Of a stretch of DNA of 62,465 nucleotides, positions 33,384 through 44,708 are shown piece by piece. The notes under the pieces are model-generated. The model did not search any database. It saw only the letters and a program-made list of their open reading frames with translations, and was not told where the DNA came from. Origin of the DNA: a virus (taxonomy: Duplodnaviria > Caudoviricetes); IMG/VR virus record IMGVR_UViG_3300048057_000022, positions 1-62,465 of that record. One strand, written 5' to 3'. The position numbers and the translations under genes were made by a program. Within the stretch, counting starts at the first letter, position 1; every line of letters starts with the position of its first letter.

Positions 33384-35246
33384 TTAGGCGGGGCAGTTCA
33401 GGCCCTTCATCTTTGTAGCCCAAGAGCCATCACCGCCCGTGTTAAATTTAATTCGATACCAGTTGTCACCAGTAGAGGGAGTGAGGTGATTGTAATACTC
33501 AACCCCGGCCCCGATAGCGGATTCCAACAATGTCATGTCCCCAGGATCGGCAGAGATGTCCGACCACTCCAACCGGAAGGTGCTGCTAGTGTTTCCACCG
33601 TTGTCCCAGGTCAGGTCAGCCCGCTCGCTCGTCGGGCAATTAGAGTCGTCGAGCACACAGTCGAAGTCGAGCGGCGCGTTCGGCCAGGTGGTGCCAGACA
33701 CCGCAGAGGAGGGGGCGGACAGCACGTCGTCCAGCGTGTCCGAGTCCTCATTCGACGGGGAACTGGACTTGCCGCAGTCATTGAGCGCAATCGCACGGTA
33801 GAAGAACGTCGGCCCCTCAAATGTCACAATCAACTTGTAGAAATATTCCGTCTCTGGACTGAGCCCACCCCCACCGTCGTCGTCGTCGTAGGGGAAGTCC
33901 ACGAAGTCCAACCCGTCCTCGACCAGATTTCCAGGACCGGGCGTGAACCCGGAGGACAAGTCTCGGTACAGGGCGTATTCTAAGGCGTCCGGGTGGGCCG
34001 AAATGTCAACCTGGAGCGTGTCACTAGCAATCGGGTCCACGGAGTCGATGGTCGCTGTTCCAGCCGCCGTTCCGAGTCCGTTGTCGTCGTAATGCTCTAC
34101 GGCGGGCTCAATCGTGTTCGACAACAGTGTCCCGGTCCCTGGAGGCGTAAACGTGGAAGGGTGCCGATAAAGGGCGATGTTGTGGAACAGCCCGGCAACC
34201 GGATCGGTCCAATCAATGTCCATGTCGTCGTCTGGGTCGCCAGAGTCCTTGACTACCGTAAGGCCGGTAGGTGCGTCGGGCGAGCTACTGTACTGAACCG
34301 CCTCGCCGTCCCCCATCGTGTCGTAAGCCGATTCCCCTACTGCGTTCTCCGCCCTCACCTGGAACACGTACTCGTATCCGTCCGATGGCGTGAAGTCGTA
34401 AGACTCGTCTTCGGCGGCTGGCTCATCCTCGAAGAACCAGGAACCAAAGGCACCGCCGCACTCCCGCTCTTTGTATTCAAGGCGGAAGTTGTCTTCGTTA
34501 TCCGACATGTCCGTCCAGGTGACCTGCAAGACGGAGCCCACCTGAGAGGCAGCGACGTCCTCTGGAGCGTTCGGGGCCAGCCCTACTACGGTGGTGTTTC
34601 CGGTGACGCACGGCCCCTGCGAGTCGGGGTTGTATCCGCAGACGGCGTAGTAGATGATGTCGCCATCAACGAAGCCACCAGCATGGTCGTACTCCGTCGT
34701 CGGATCGCCTCCACCGGCTGGCCATGGATCGAAGGTCCCGTCAGCGTTTGTGGGAGGATCTCCGGTGAGGGCCGCATTCTTTTTCCAATAGACCTTGTAA
34801 TCCAACGCCTCGGGCACCATCGAATTCATTCGGATGAGAGTCGAGACGGCGTCAGAGATGTCGTCTTTCGGGTAGTCGGTCCACCAGGTCGGGGGAGCCG
34901 TGACCGGCGAGTACTCGGTGGTGCCGGTTGCCTGACCCGAGACTGCCCCTATGTGACCATAATTGAAGGGAGTCACCCGATACCAATACTTCGTGTTGTC
35001 CTGACGCCCACCGTCAACGTAAGGGCTTCCGGCCATCACGGTATCAATGAGAGCCCAAGATCCAGGCGATCCACCGGAGTCCGGTGCCCGTTCAATGTAA
35101 TGATAGGGGGCGAAGCTTGGGTGCGATACTGACCACGTTAGGGTCAGAGAGTTGTCCTCGTCGCCTACTGTGGGGTTGACGGCCAGGCCAGATGGCTGCT
35201 CTGGGACAGGATGGAAGAAGGCCGGTCCCTGCGCTGGAAACACCAT
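33384..35246 (-). CDS. fibronectin type III repeat tail protein
   Basis: Repeated P..L.V..LTW..Y.YRV.A.N..G motifs; TGATG coupling to the upstream gene. Confidence 0.8.
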   Translation of the reverse strand: MVFPAQGPAFFHPVPEQPSGLAVNPTVGDEDNSLTLTWSVSHPSFAPYHYIERAPDSGGSPGSWALIDTVMAGSPYVDGGRQDNTKYWYRVTPFNYGHIGAVSGQATGTTEYSPVTAPPTWWTDYPKDDISDAVSTLIRMNSMVPEALDYKVYWKKNAALTGDPPTNADGTFDPWPAGGGDPTTEYDHAGGFVDGDIIYYAVCGYNPDSQGPCVTGNTTVVGLAPNAPEDVAASQVGSVLQVTWTDMSDNEDNFRLEYKERECGGAFGSWFFEDEPAAEDESYDFTPSDGYEYVFQVRAENAVGESAYDTMGDGEAVQYSSSPDAPTGLTVVKDSGDPDDDMDIDWTDPVAGLFHNIALYRHPSTFTPPGTGTLLSNTIEPAVEHYDDNGLGTAAGTATIDSVDPIASDTLQVDISAHPDALEYALYRDLSSGFTPGPGNLVEDGLDFVDFPYDDDDGGGGLSPETEYFYKLIVTFEGPTFFYRAIALNDCGKSSSPSNEDSDTLDDVLSAPSSAVSGTTWPNAPLDFDCVLDDSNCPTSERADLTWDNGGNTSSTFRLEWSDISADPGDMTLLESAIGAGVEYYNHLTPSTGDNWYRIKFNTGGDGSWATKMKGLNCPA

Positions 35247-38200
35247 CAGCCGAACATGATTCCGGTAATGAGGGTGCCGCCTATATTCATGCAACAGAGG
35301 AGCATTATGTGATCGGCCCCGAGATTGTAAGGGGTGAACGGCCCATTCCCGTAAGCGCAGTTCCATCCACTCGCAAGCGTTAGATCAACGCCCGCCGTAT
35401 ATCCCAGGCACCTCAGCACAAAGGTTGCTCCATCCGGCACGTTCAAGGGGGCGGCGATGGTACGGTCTACGGTAAACGTCGTAGTCTGGACCGGGCCATC
35501 AGCGTAGTCGGGATTGTAGTCCGAGGTCGCGTTGGCGAAACTCGCTGGAACCCCAAGCACCTTCTCGTCGGTGCCAGACCTGGTGACCTCGAACATCCCG
35601 GCCAGGGTCAGGTTCGGCCCGCCGATTAGGGTGCCAGCTTGATTATAGATGTTCACCCCAGCACCGGACTCTTCCGCTGGGAAGACGTCGGCCTTTACCC
35701 ACGAGCCGGAGGTGCCCGTTCCACCAGCGCCGCTCCACCCTCTCACCCTCACCGGAATCGCTTCATCAGCCTGCGCTGAAGTGAAGTATCGAACGGCCAC
35801 GTACTCGTCTCGAAGCTCGTGGTCGGTGTCTGCCGCGATGTCACTCGTGTAGTTGTAGCCACCGGAGTCGGGAACTGGCGGGTCCTCGTCACCACCCTCT
35901 ACCTCGAACTCGATGGACGCAACGTCAGACCCGACAGCGAGGTGCAAGAGGATCGTGAAAGCGGCCCCGGTATAAAGTGACGGCTTCCAGTCGTAACCCA
36001 CCGCGACCGCCAACGGAGCCAGGGCGCCCGTCTCACCACCAGCGTTGTACTGGATCTCGCCCGTGAAGTCGCTCGCAGCGGGCGAAGACGTGCCCGTACC
36101 ACCGGCCCCGGTCCAAGCCCTGGCCCTGACGAAGAGGGTCTGACCGTCAGTCAGGACGCCTCCGCAGTTCGTCACTCCACTCTGGCCGTTCACCGGAGTC
36201 TCTGGGGTGCCGTCTGTGAAGTCGGCTGGCATGTCCGTAGCGTCGATGATGAACTCAACGGAGCCGCTGGACATATCTGGATCACCCGACCAAGACAGGC
36301 GAGGCTGGGTGCCGACCAGAGTCAGGCTGAACTTGGCGTCGGGGATAGCGTCCAGGCCGAAGTTGTGGGAGCCGATGATCCAGGCGTCCCCGTTACCGTC
36401 CTGTAGGTCCACGCGATAGGCGTAGAACAGGATCGCCGAGTGCTTCCCGCCCAACGCTACCCCCGTAGTGCTGGTGTACGTGTAGGGATCGGATTCGTCC
36501 ACCTCTCCGCCGTTACCGGCCCAGTCGTCTCCACCCGCCTCTGGGTCGTCGCCGGGGTCGAAGTCTCCGCTCCCGTTGAAGGGGAGGAACGCGGTGCCCG
36601 TAATGAGTCCACTCGGGTCATTCGGGAGGAGGGTGATTTTCCCGTAATTGGAGGCCCGGAAAGCCTGGACGCCCATGGTGGGCGGAACGGTGTCGTTAGC
36701 CTTGACCGTGTGTCGCCAATCGTCATCGCACTGATTCCCCCCCGCCGCCACTTCGCTCCACGCTCTGACCCTGATATGGAGAGCCTCTGTCGGCAGTAGG
36801 TCCACCACGAGCGTAGTCAGGCCCGAACGGGAGTTGACGATGGTTCCGCCGCCGTCCAACTCGACCTCGCTCGGCATGTCGTCTGGCGGCTCCCTCGCAA
36901 TCAGGTATTCGACACTTTTCGTGTCCTCATCACCATCATGGCGGAGGTAGACCACCGGGCCAACCACCGTCGCGGAGCATTTGATACTGGGGATGAAGTC
37001 CTTGTCGAACTCGAAGCTGTCCACCACCCACGTACTGGTGACACCACCGTCCGTGCTGTACCGGAAGGCGTAAAACAGCGTGGACTTCCTGCCCTCGACC
37101 AGGGCAACGCCCGTAGAACTGGTCAGGTTGTAGCCGGGATCTGCGGTGACGTCCCGTTCGTCCCACGGATCGTCCGGGTCACCTGGATCGAGTTCGTTTC
37201 CGCCCTGGATCGGCTGGAACGCCGTTCCGTTGATGAGATTCTGGGGGTCGTTTAGCTCCAGCACGACGTTGCCGACAGCGCCGACCTGAGTTGGGATCGC
37301 CTTCACGGTCGGGACGATGGTATCGGACCCGAGGTAGATGACGAACTGCATGGCCTCGCTGGCCATGGAGGCTTCCTGGGTTGTGTCGTCCGTGGCCGAG
37401 GTCCGGTAGAACTGGCCCTCCACACACAAACACTCCCCGGAGGCCAGCACATACGACTCAAGGTCCTGGTAGTTGAACGTGTTGCCGCTGTACTCTGAGC
37501 CCAGGCCGTCGTCGAATGCGATGCTGTCCCAGGACTCGCTCCCGACGTCCACCTTCTTGACCCTGAACCTCCAACTCATGCAGTCGGAGTCGATGGCCTG
37601 CGGGATGATGACGGGGGTGCCGTCCTCCTCGGTGGAGTAGTTGAAGAACCCAGCGGGGCGAGCGTTCCCGTCAACGTAGACGCGGCCGGGGTCGTCGGCG
37701 GGCCTGAACATGAAGCCGGTGGCGTCCACGGCGTTGAATAGGATCACCTTCCTCGTGCCGCCCTCTGCTGGCTTCACGACTTCCACACTGATGTCGTAGG
37801 GGTCCGCTACTAGGCCGGAGGTGGTGTAGTCACCGGGCCAGGTGGGTTCAGCGTCGCCCTCGTCGATGACGATGTATCCGAAGTTCACCTGCGCGGAATC
37901 GTCCGTAGCGACAAACCGGACGCCCTCCTTGGTCACATCGTCGGGGATGTATGGGAACCAGACGACCCTCGGGTTGTTGTCCGCCTCGTGATAGGTGTAC
38001 CGGAGGACTGTTATTCCGCTTTCCCCCTGCGTGCAGGCATCGTCCAAGTAGAAGACGATCCCCACGTACCTTATCTCACCGTCCGCAGTAAAGGTGTGGA
38101 TGTTTTCGCCTCCGACAGCCACACCGTCCTCGGTTAGGATGTTGCCCGTGGTTTGGACGTCGTTTTCGGTGGGCTCTGTATCAGAGTCCAGGTACTTACA

Positions 38201-41200
38201 GCCTGTCCCGAGGAGCCACCCAGGGGATAGATAGAGGTCGCCGTCGTCCTCGTCCAAGTGGGGGTTGCCGAACCCGATACCCGCTGTGATCTGCTCCTGC
38301 ACCACGGGGGCCGCAACATAAATGTCGTACTCCGAGGTACCATCTGGAGTGACGTCCCACGCTTCAGTGACGGTGAGTTCCGTGGCCGTGTTCGATGCAA
38401 TCACGCGAATCTGAGGATCGTCGGCATCGTACCCCGTGCCCGCGATGATCTCCACTGAGCACCCGTACCACTCATCAGTCGCCCACGCCTTCGCCGTATC
38501 GTTCAGGGTCGTGCTCGTGTTGCCCCCAGACGAGGTGCCATTGTCGATCGGGGCGTCTCCCCTAACCCCGACAGCGCTGGTCAGAACTGGGCGCACCTCA
38601 ACCATGCCGACCCTAGAAGCACGGAAGGAGTGCTTCCTGGTCTTCGATATGCCCAACTCCGACCAGCTTGTCCAGGCTAAGGTCTGGGGATTCCGGTAAC
38701 GCATCTCGATGATGACGTACCAGTTGGCATACTGCCACTCTGGCTGGTCCCAGTCCACCGTCACCAAGGGCTGCTCACCATCGAAATCTATATCGTGGTC
38801 GATGGCCACCGTGGTAACGTGAGGAGGAATCCCGTGAGGCGGCTTGAGCGTCGAGGAAATGTCAACTGAGTCGAAGTCGTCGGTCGGAAAATTCAGATAG
38901 ACGTGGTCCCTTATGACCTCGCAGGTCAGCGAGTATGCAAGGCCCCCACCGTCCTCTATCCTTACAACACGGGCAACCTCGTTGGCGATGCCGCTAATGT
39001 CGTGATTGATGAGGACGATGTCGCCAATCTCCAGAACCATCCCCTCGATATTCAGGCCGGGGACGTAGAACTCGAAGTTCTGATCCAGGCCCTTTCGAAG
39101 CTCGTACCACCCGTTCCTGACGGCCTGTTGCCACTCGGTGGTGGCCTCCATTTTGACCGACTTCTCATTCAGGCCGAACTTGTCGTAGTGGTAATTGCCC
39201 TGGTCGTCTTCGTAGGTATCGGGAATAGGAACCGTCGCGTCCCTACCCTGGTCTTTCGTGGACTGGTAGCTCGCCACTACCTGGTTAGTTAGTTCGTGCA
39301 GGGCCGTCTTGTGGCGCACCTTGATGGGGCCGACGTTGTCGATGTTTAGTTCCAGGGCGTAGATGGCGAAGGTGCCGCCTACGCTCGGCGTCGGGCTAAA
39401 CGCGCTCGATACGGTAAGGGTGCTGGCCGTGTTCGATGCGATGGTCCTCACCTGACCAGCCCCGGTCCCGGTGAGGATCTTCACCCTCAACCCCGTCAGG
39501 AGGCCGCTCACCCCACCATCTGGCCACGTAGAGTCCGTCAGGCCGTTCCTGGTACTCTCCGTGATAATAGTGGACGTTGCCCCCGTAATAGTGCCCTTAC
39601 CCCCCGTGGGGGCGTCCAGCACGATACCGACCTTACCGTCCTTGGCCACCAAGGAACCACGGCAAGCCTGGAGGAGCATAGCCAGCACGTCGGCACGCTT
39701 CCCGGACTTCACGTACAAGTCAGACCTATACCTCTCGACAGAGATAAGACTCTTGTCGAAATCGTAGACCGAGATGGTGTCCTCAGCGTAGTCGGCCCAG
39801 TCGATAAAAGAACCGAGGTCCACAGAGCTTGTGGCAAGGCCAGCCGACCACCGATCGCTCTCATCTTCACGTTCGGGGGCCGTCAGGACGTCGAGGATCT
39901 GCCAGACGGGGTTCCGTGAGTATTCGTAGGCACCCGTTATGGGCGTGCTGCCGGAATACGCGTACTTTTGGACCTTCTTCCCCTTGTACTTGCACTGGAT
40001 GTCGGGAGCCCTGACCGCCCAATAGCGAGTCCTCGCAAGGTATTTCCCAGGCACGGGTCCGAAGAATGGGTTCCACCCCACCGGGTACTGGTTCTCCCAG
40101 ACTACGTTCGTGACCTGGGGCTCAAGGTCGTAATTCTCGGGAAGCTCCATGATGAAGTACCCGACATTCCTGAGCCCGCCATGCCCTGGGATCTCCTTGT
40201 CCCGGTCCCACTGTGGAAAGAAGTCCGAGGGAGCCTGAGTTTTCGTCCCCACGAGGATGTCGAACTTATCGTCCCAGCCCTGGTTGACGTAATACTGTGT
40301 GCTACGGAGCGTCGCCCCGTCCAAAAGGACGTCTTCCTCGACAGTGTCGATGGCGGTATCCAGCAGCCCCTCGCCAATCACACAGACAGCAAACGGCCCG
40401 TCCCTGGTCGAGTTCCAGGCTGCCCACGCCTTCGTGCCACCGCCAGCGCGTGAGTGAACGCCCACGACCAAGGGAGTCGTCCAGCGCGTACCGTAGGGGA
40501 TCGGGATAATATTGCCAACCACCCCGTCCATTTGGGCCACAACGCCCTGCCGGGGCTCGGCGTACCCGAACTGCTCCCGGAAGTAGTCCATGCCGCCGAA
40601 CTTGTCCTGCTGCCGAGTGGCCTCTGCGAACTTCCAGCGCCTACCGCACTCGCGGATTATGTCACGCGGACACCCCTGGTAGACGATATAGTCACCGGCC
40701 TGAAGGGTGCCGCTCCAGGACAGGGTTGAGTTCAGTTTGATCTGGGAGTTGGCCAAGTCGGCCTCGGTCACGCGGAGGTTCGAGTAAATCTCGGTCCCGC
40801 CCGTCTCAGCGCTGTACCCGCCCCGCCAGATCGACACGTAGTTGGACGGGTAGTCGCTCGGCTCCAGGGTCACCCCGGCCTGTCCTGTCTCCGCCGACCC
40901 CGTCAGTGGAATCCACGAGGTGTGGGTGTACGCGGCCCCGGTCTGGACCTGCGCGGACGAGGTGTATCCACAGTTCGAGTCCGCGCTGCCGAACTCCCAC
41001 CCGCAGTGGTTCGTGATGATCCGACCGATGCTCCCGCCCCTGGCCATCCTGGCATCGGCCATGACGTTGATCGTCATCACCTCGGCGTCCACCTCGGGCC
41101 GGAAAATCGTGCCAGTGAACAGTTGGACGGGGCCCTCGAAGGTCGTGTAGCCGGGGTTCGTGGCGAAATACTGGCTTACCTCAACCAGGGCTCCATCGAA

Positions 41201-41467
41201 ATCGTTCGCGTTATGGTACGAGGAGAAGGACCAGTCCGCGTTGTTCAGCTTCACCACGATATGGTCGAGGCCGTCCGCCGCGCTCACAACGATGCGGGGC
41301 ATCTCCATGATGTCGCCAGTGTACGGCTGTGCGGAGATCGTCACGGCGTGCGTGGCCACAAAAAGCTCGGTGGCCCCGGAATCGACTAGCGTGATCTTGG
41401 CGACCACGACGGGGCGGCTCTGGTCCGCGTCCAGGATCGTCTGGATGGCCGCGCTGACGGATCTCAT
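35246..41467 (-). CDS. large tail tip / baseplate hub-central fibre protein (2073 aa)
   Basis: IPIPYG, YKGKKV, SRNPVWQILDVLT, LEIGDIV and C.WEFG...CGY motifs; follows the distal tail gene. Confidence 0.85.
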   Translation of the reverse strand: MRSVSAAIQTILDADQSRPVVVAKITLVDSGATELFVATHAVTISAQPYTGDIMEMPRIVVSAADGLDHIVVKLNNADWSFSSYHNANDFDGALVEVSQYFATNPGYTTFEGPVQLFTGTIFRPEVDAEVMTINVMADARMARGGSIGRIITNHCGWEFGSADSNCGYTSSAQVQTGAAYTHTSWIPLTGSAETGQAGVTLEPSDYPSNYVSIWRGGYSAETGGTEIYSNLRVTEADLANSQIKLNSTLSWSGTLQAGDYIVYQGCPRDIIRECGRRWKFAEATRQQDKFGGMDYFREQFGYAEPRQGVVAQMDGVVGNIIPIPYGTRWTTPLVVGVHSRAGGGTKAWAAWNSTRDGPFAVCVIGEGLLDTAIDTVEEDVLLDGATLRSTQYYVNQGWDDKFDILVGTKTQAPSDFFPQWDRDKEIPGHGGLRNVGYFIMELPENYDLEPQVTNVVWENQYPVGWNPFFGPVPGKYLARTRYWAVRAPDIQCKYKGKKVQKYAYSGSTPITGAYEYSRNPVWQILDVLTAPEREDESDRWSAGLATSSVDLGSFIDWADYAEDTISVYDFDKSLISVERYRSDLYVKSGKRADVLAMLLQACRGSLVAKDGKVGIVLDAPTGGKGTITGATSTIITESTRNGLTDSTWPDGGVSGLLTGLRVKILTGTGAGQVRTIASNTASTLTVSSAFSPTPSVGGTFAIYALELNIDNVGPIKVRHKTALHELTNQVVASYQSTKDQGRDATVPIPDTYEDDQGNYHYDKFGLNEKSVKMEATTEWQQAVRNGWYELRKGLDQNFEFYVPGLNIEGMVLEIGDIVLINHDISGIANEVARVVRIEDGGGLAYSLTCEVIRDHVYLNFPTDDFDSVDISSTLKPPHGIPPHVTTVAIDHDIDFDGEQPLVTVDWDQPEWQYANWYVIIEMRYRNPQTLAWTSWSELGISKTRKHSFRASRVGMVEVRPVLTSAVGVRGDAPIDNGTSSGGNTSTTLNDTAKAWATDEWYGCSVEIIAGTGYDADDPQIRVIASNTATELTVTEAWDVTPDGTSEYDIYVAAPVVQEQITAGIGFGNPHLDEDDGDLYLSPGWLLGTGCKYLDSDTEPTENDVQTTGNILTEDGVAVGGENIHTFTADGEIRYVGIVFYLDDACTQGESGITVLRYTYHEADNNPRVVWFPYIPDDVTKEGVRFVATDDSAQVNFGYIVIDEGDAEPTWPGDYTTSGLVADPYDISVEVVKPAEGGTRKVILFNAVDATGFMFRPADDPGRVYVDGNARPAGFFNYSTEEDGTPVIIPQAIDSDCMSWRFRVKKVDVGSESWDSIAFDDGLGSEYSGNTFNYQDLESYVLASGECLCVEGQFYRTSATDDTTQEASMASEAMQFVIYLGSDTIVPTVKAIPTQVGAVGNVVLELNDPQNLINGTAFQPIQGGNELDPGDPDDPWDERDVTADPGYNLTSSTGVALVEGRKSTLFYAFRYSTDGGVTSTWVVDSFEFDKDFIPSIKCSATVVGPVVYLRHDGDEDTKSVEYLIAREPPDDMPSEVELDGGGTIVNSRSGLTTLVVDLLPTEALHIRVRAWSEVAAGGNQCDDDWRHTVKANDTVPPTMGVQAFRASNYGKITLLPNDPSGLITGTAFLPFNGSGDFDPGDDPEAGGDDWAGNGGEVDESDPYTYTSTTGVALGGKHSAILFYAYRVDLQDGNGDAWIIGSHNFGLDAIPDAKFSLTLVGTQPRLSWSGDPDMSSGSVEFIIDATDMPADFTDGTPETPVNGQSGVTNCGGVLTDGQTLFVRARAWTGAGGTGTSSPAASDFTGEIQYNAGGETGALAPLAVAVGYDWKPSLYTGAAFTILLHLAVGSDVASIEFEVEGGDEDPPVPDSGGYNYTSDIAADTDHELRDEYVAVRYFTSAQADEAIPVRVRGWSGAGGTGTSGSWVKADVFPAEESGAGVNIYNQAGTLIGGPNLTLAGMFEVTRSGTDEKVLGVPASFANATSDYNPDYADGPVQTTTFTVDRTIAAPLNVPDGATFVLRCLGYTAGVDLTLASGWNCAYGNGPFTPYNLGADHIMLLCCMNIGGTLITGIMFG

Positions 41468-41889
41468 TACAGAACCTCAATCAATTCCAGGCCCACCTTT
41501 TCCGCCTCGTACAGGAACGTTTCCCGATCCATGCTGTCCATGTTGTAACGGCAGTCGTAGGCAACGTCGCTCAGGTATTCGTAATAATCGAAGTTGTAAA
41601 GCCTGCCCTCCTGGGCCAGGAAGTGTCCCCAGAGCGCGTCTGCGGCTGCTGGCGTAAGTTGGTCGAAGAGGATCTTGAAGATGCGCCTCACGGGCGCCTT
41701 CGCCGTCCGCTTCTCCTTGCCACCCCAGGACGTGTTCACGATTGTCTCGTGCGTCGCCTCGACCGAGTAGGAGTAGTCGGCCTCAACGGCGTCCACCCCT
41801 ATCGGCAGGGTCACCGCAACGGCGGTGGACGGGAAGTCGTCCTGCGGATCAAACGGGTTCGACCCCTGTAGATAATCAGGTGCAGCCAT
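41467..41889 (-). CDS. distal tail protein-like
   Basis: GKEKR..., LW.HF.AQ.GR...F and LELIEV; directly after the tape measure gene. Confidence 0.7.
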   Translation of the reverse strand: MAAPDYLQGSNPFDPQDDFPSTAVAVTLPIGVDAVEADYSYSVEATHETIVNTSWGGKEKRTAKAPVRRIFKILFDQLTPAAADALWGHFLAQEGRLYNFDYYEYLSDVAYDCRYNMDSMDRETFLYEAEKVGLELIEVL

Positions 41890-41898
41890 TTAAGCCTC

Positions 41899-44700
41899 CT
41901 AGGCTGGCACGAAGGCCCCGTGGGCCTGCCCGCCTGTTGCCTTGTCCTCTCGGGCCACCAGGGAGATGCCCCGCCCGAACGCCACGGGGTTCCTGAGAAC
42001 CAACTGCTCGAAGCTCGCCGCGTCCACGGCGTTGATCTCCACGTACCACGACCGCTTGTCCCCATAGGCTCCGGGACTAAACTGAGGGTAGTTCATGGGG
42101 CCTGGGGCCCCAGCACCCCCACTGCCGCCACTCTTGGCCGATTCCTTCATCCTCCCACCGATCGCCTTGGCCATGGCCTTTAGGACGATGCCACCAGCGA
42201 TGAGCGCCGCAGCAGACGCCGGATTCGTGATGTCCTTGAAGAGTTCGCTGAGGAGGAGGGCGCCGATACCAATCTGCACCATGGCATCACCCATGATCTG
42301 GAGCATACCAGAGAACAACTGACCCACCGCCTGCGACAGGCTCACTCCCATGTCCGGCGTTATCATCGCAGCCAGGGCCTCGGCCACAACGTCGGAGCCC
42401 TGCTTGATAATCATCCTCAGAGTCTGCTCCAGCGCCTGGCTCAGGTCGTCTGGCTTAAGGCCCTCAATCGCACTGTTGATCCCACTCAGGATGCCCTTGA
42501 ACGCATCCTTCATCGCAGGGGTCAGGGTGTCCTCTAGGATCTCCATCTGCTTCATGATTTTGTCTTTGAGGGCGAGGAGGGCTGTTGTCGCAACCTCGTC
42601 GTCCATACCCAGTTCCATCTGGAGCTTCAGTTCGGTGAACTCCTGGTTGAACCCATCGGTGATCTGGGAGTTTAAGTCCGCTATGAACTCCTCCAGGTTG
42701 GTGACGTGGGGCTTCAGGTTCATCCCTATGGCCTGGTCCAGTGGGTCTGTGGACCCGATAAGCTGCTCGAACGTGTCCTTCCAGTTGTCCAGCAGCGACT
42801 GCGCCCCACTCCTGGCCGCATCGGGGTCAATCAATCCAGCAGACAACCTGGCCCCCAGAAGTTCCAGCGGGGCGTCGATGCCTTCACTAAACACCTTCCC
42901 CCACCTGGCCATCAGGGCCTTGAACCAGTCTGTTATCTTGCCTTCGTCACCGCCACTAGTGTCACCAATACTGGTCGGAGCAAGCTCCATGTTTGCCATA
43001 ATGTCACGGGACTGCTGCTCCATAAACGACCCCTGCGCGGAGTACACCCCGGCTATCTCCATCATGGCGGCCTTGATGTCGTCCGTCGTCTGCTTCAGAA
43101 CTTCCTGATTGCCAGCCCTTTGGGCCTGACGCGCCCTGTTGATTTCTCTGGTGATGACCGCTAGTTCCTCCCTAACCTTCTGTTGGGCCAGCTTATCCGG
43201 GAGGCCCATGGCGAGAGTCCTGGCCCGGTCAACGAGTGGGCCCGCCCTCTCGGACTTGAAGTCCGCACGGGACGCTTCAACGCCGAGAGCGACCCCGAGT
43301 CCCCTCACCGACTGCCCTTGCTGGGCTCGGGTCTGGGCGTCCACTAGCTGGATGTTCTTTTCCAGTTGCTTGTTCGTGGTGCCAAGCTGGTTCGCGAAGT
43401 CTTGGTTACGAAGCGTCGCAACCCGAACCGCGTCGCCCTGGGACCTATGCCTCGCATAAAGAGCACCGAGGAGTCCGAGGACAACGCCAGCGCCCGTGAT
43501 CCACGGATTGAAGCCCCTAACTACCCACGCAGCCATGCCAACCTGAGCCGTCTTGACGGCGGCAGAGATCGCGAGAATCTTCAGCACCAAGGCCCGCCCC
43601 ACGATATAACTGAGTAGGCCAGCAATCGCGACATTGAGTCCGCCGATAGCGTCAGTGAACTTCATGACCACCACGACGGCGTTCCACATGGCCTCCACCA
43701 TCCTGACAAGCTCGTCCCCGACCAGCATCACCTTATCCTGCAATTCACGGAGCCTAGCGGGGCTGCTCCTCAGTTCCATCAGCCAGTCCATGATGGCCTG
43801 AGTAGACTCGCGCAGCGGCACCATGAGGGCCTCCCCGATGTCGGCCATTACCACGAAATAGGCATCCTTGATATTGGAGATCACACCAATAACGGTAGTG
43901 GCTGACTCTTTAGCGAAGCCCTCGAATTTCTCTTCGATCAACTGGAAGATCGCCTCGGACCTGGACCCCAGTTCGGCCGCCAGCGCCTTGAACTCGGCAG
44001 GGGCGATAGCCAGGGTAGGGAGCGACCGAGTGATGGCCGTTGGGGAGCCCGCGATCACCTTACCTATCACCTCCGCAACTTCTTGGAACGTCCTCCCGGC
44101 CACGGCAGCAAGGTCGGTGATGAGGGGTAGGGTACGCTCCGAAATCTCAACGTTGAACGCCTGGAGGGTGGTCAGCCCCTGGAAAAGGTCGGGAAGCTCC
44201 AGCGGCGTCTCAATGGCCACCCGCTTTAGGAGTTCAAGCCGCTCGGCGGCGAGGGTCGCGTTCCCGCTCAAGACCACAAGCTGCTTGTTCCATAGCTCCA
44301 TCTGCATGGGAGCCTGGGCAAGGGTAGTCGTGAACTCCCTCACCGCCCGCGTAACAGCGGTGATAACGAAGAACGCCGCCATGATGCGGACCATACGTCG
44401 GAACAGTGTTCCGAAGTTGTCCAGGGCGTTGCCCGCCCCCTTGATCTTGGTGCCGAACCTGTCGGTCCTAGCGCCCGCGTTCGCTACGCCCCTCTCGTAG
44501 GTTTTCGCGTTCGCGGTGACCTTCTTAATTTGACCACCGAAGTTCTTCATTCCGGCAGTAGCCGCCTGAAGCGGCGCCGACGAAAACGCCTTATGCACCC
44601 TACTGACGGACGTCGCCAGTCGGTCGAGCGCGTTCGCCCTCGCGGTAATCGTCTTTGCTGCGGAGCCCCCAAGATTGATAACAATGTCAGTCTTTGGCAT
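41899..44700 (-). CDS. tape measure protein
   Basis: Long helical Ala-rich ORF with A.ETPLEL, DLAA and G.ISN.KD tape-measure motifs. Confidence 0.9.
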   Translation of the reverse strand: MPKTDIVINLGGSAAKTITARANALDRLATSVSRVHKAFSSAPLQAATAGMKNFGGQIKKVTANAKTYERGVANAGARTDRFGTKIKGAGNALDNFGTLFRRMVRIMAAFFVITAVTRAVREFTTTLAQAPMQMELWNKQLVVLSGNATLAAERLELLKRVAIETPLELPDLFQGLTTLQAFNVEISERTLPLITDLAAVAGRTFQEVAEVIGKVIAGSPTAITRSLPTLAIAPAEFKALAAELGSRSEAIFQLIEEKFEGFAKESATTVIGVISNIKDAYFVVMADIGEALMVPLRESTQAIMDWLMELRSSPARLRELQDKVMLVGDELVRMVEAMWNAVVVVMKFTDAIGGLNVAIAGLLSYIVGRALVLKILAISAAVKTAQVGMAAWVVRGFNPWITGAGVVLGLLGALYARHRSQGDAVRVATLRNQDFANQLGTTNKQLEKNIQLVDAQTRAQQGQSVRGLGVALGVEASRADFKSERAGPLVDRARTLAMGLPDKLAQQKVREELAVITREINRARQAQRAGNQEVLKQTTDDIKAAMMEIAGVYSAQGSFMEQQSRDIMANMELAPTSIGDTSGGDEGKITDWFKALMARWGKVFSEGIDAPLELLGARLSAGLIDPDAARSGAQSLLDNWKDTFEQLIGSTDPLDQAIGMNLKPHVTNLEEFIADLNSQITDGFNQEFTELKLQMELGMDDEVATTALLALKDKIMKQMEILEDTLTPAMKDAFKGILSGINSAIEGLKPDDLSQALEQTLRMIIKQGSDVVAEALAAMITPDMGVSLSQAVGQLFSGMLQIMGDAMVQIGIGALLLSELFKDITNPASAAALIAGGIVLKAMAKAIGGRMKESAKSGGSGGAGAPGPMNYPQFSPGAYGDKRSWYVEINAVDAASFEQLVLRNPVAFGRGISLVAREDKATGGQAHGAFVPA

Positions 44701-44708
44701 GGCTGCTC

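Noticed and set aside
25633-41467. Diversity-generating retroelement acting on tail fibres
   Set aside because: No reverse transcriptase ORF, and the duplications seen are exact rather than adenine-specific variants.
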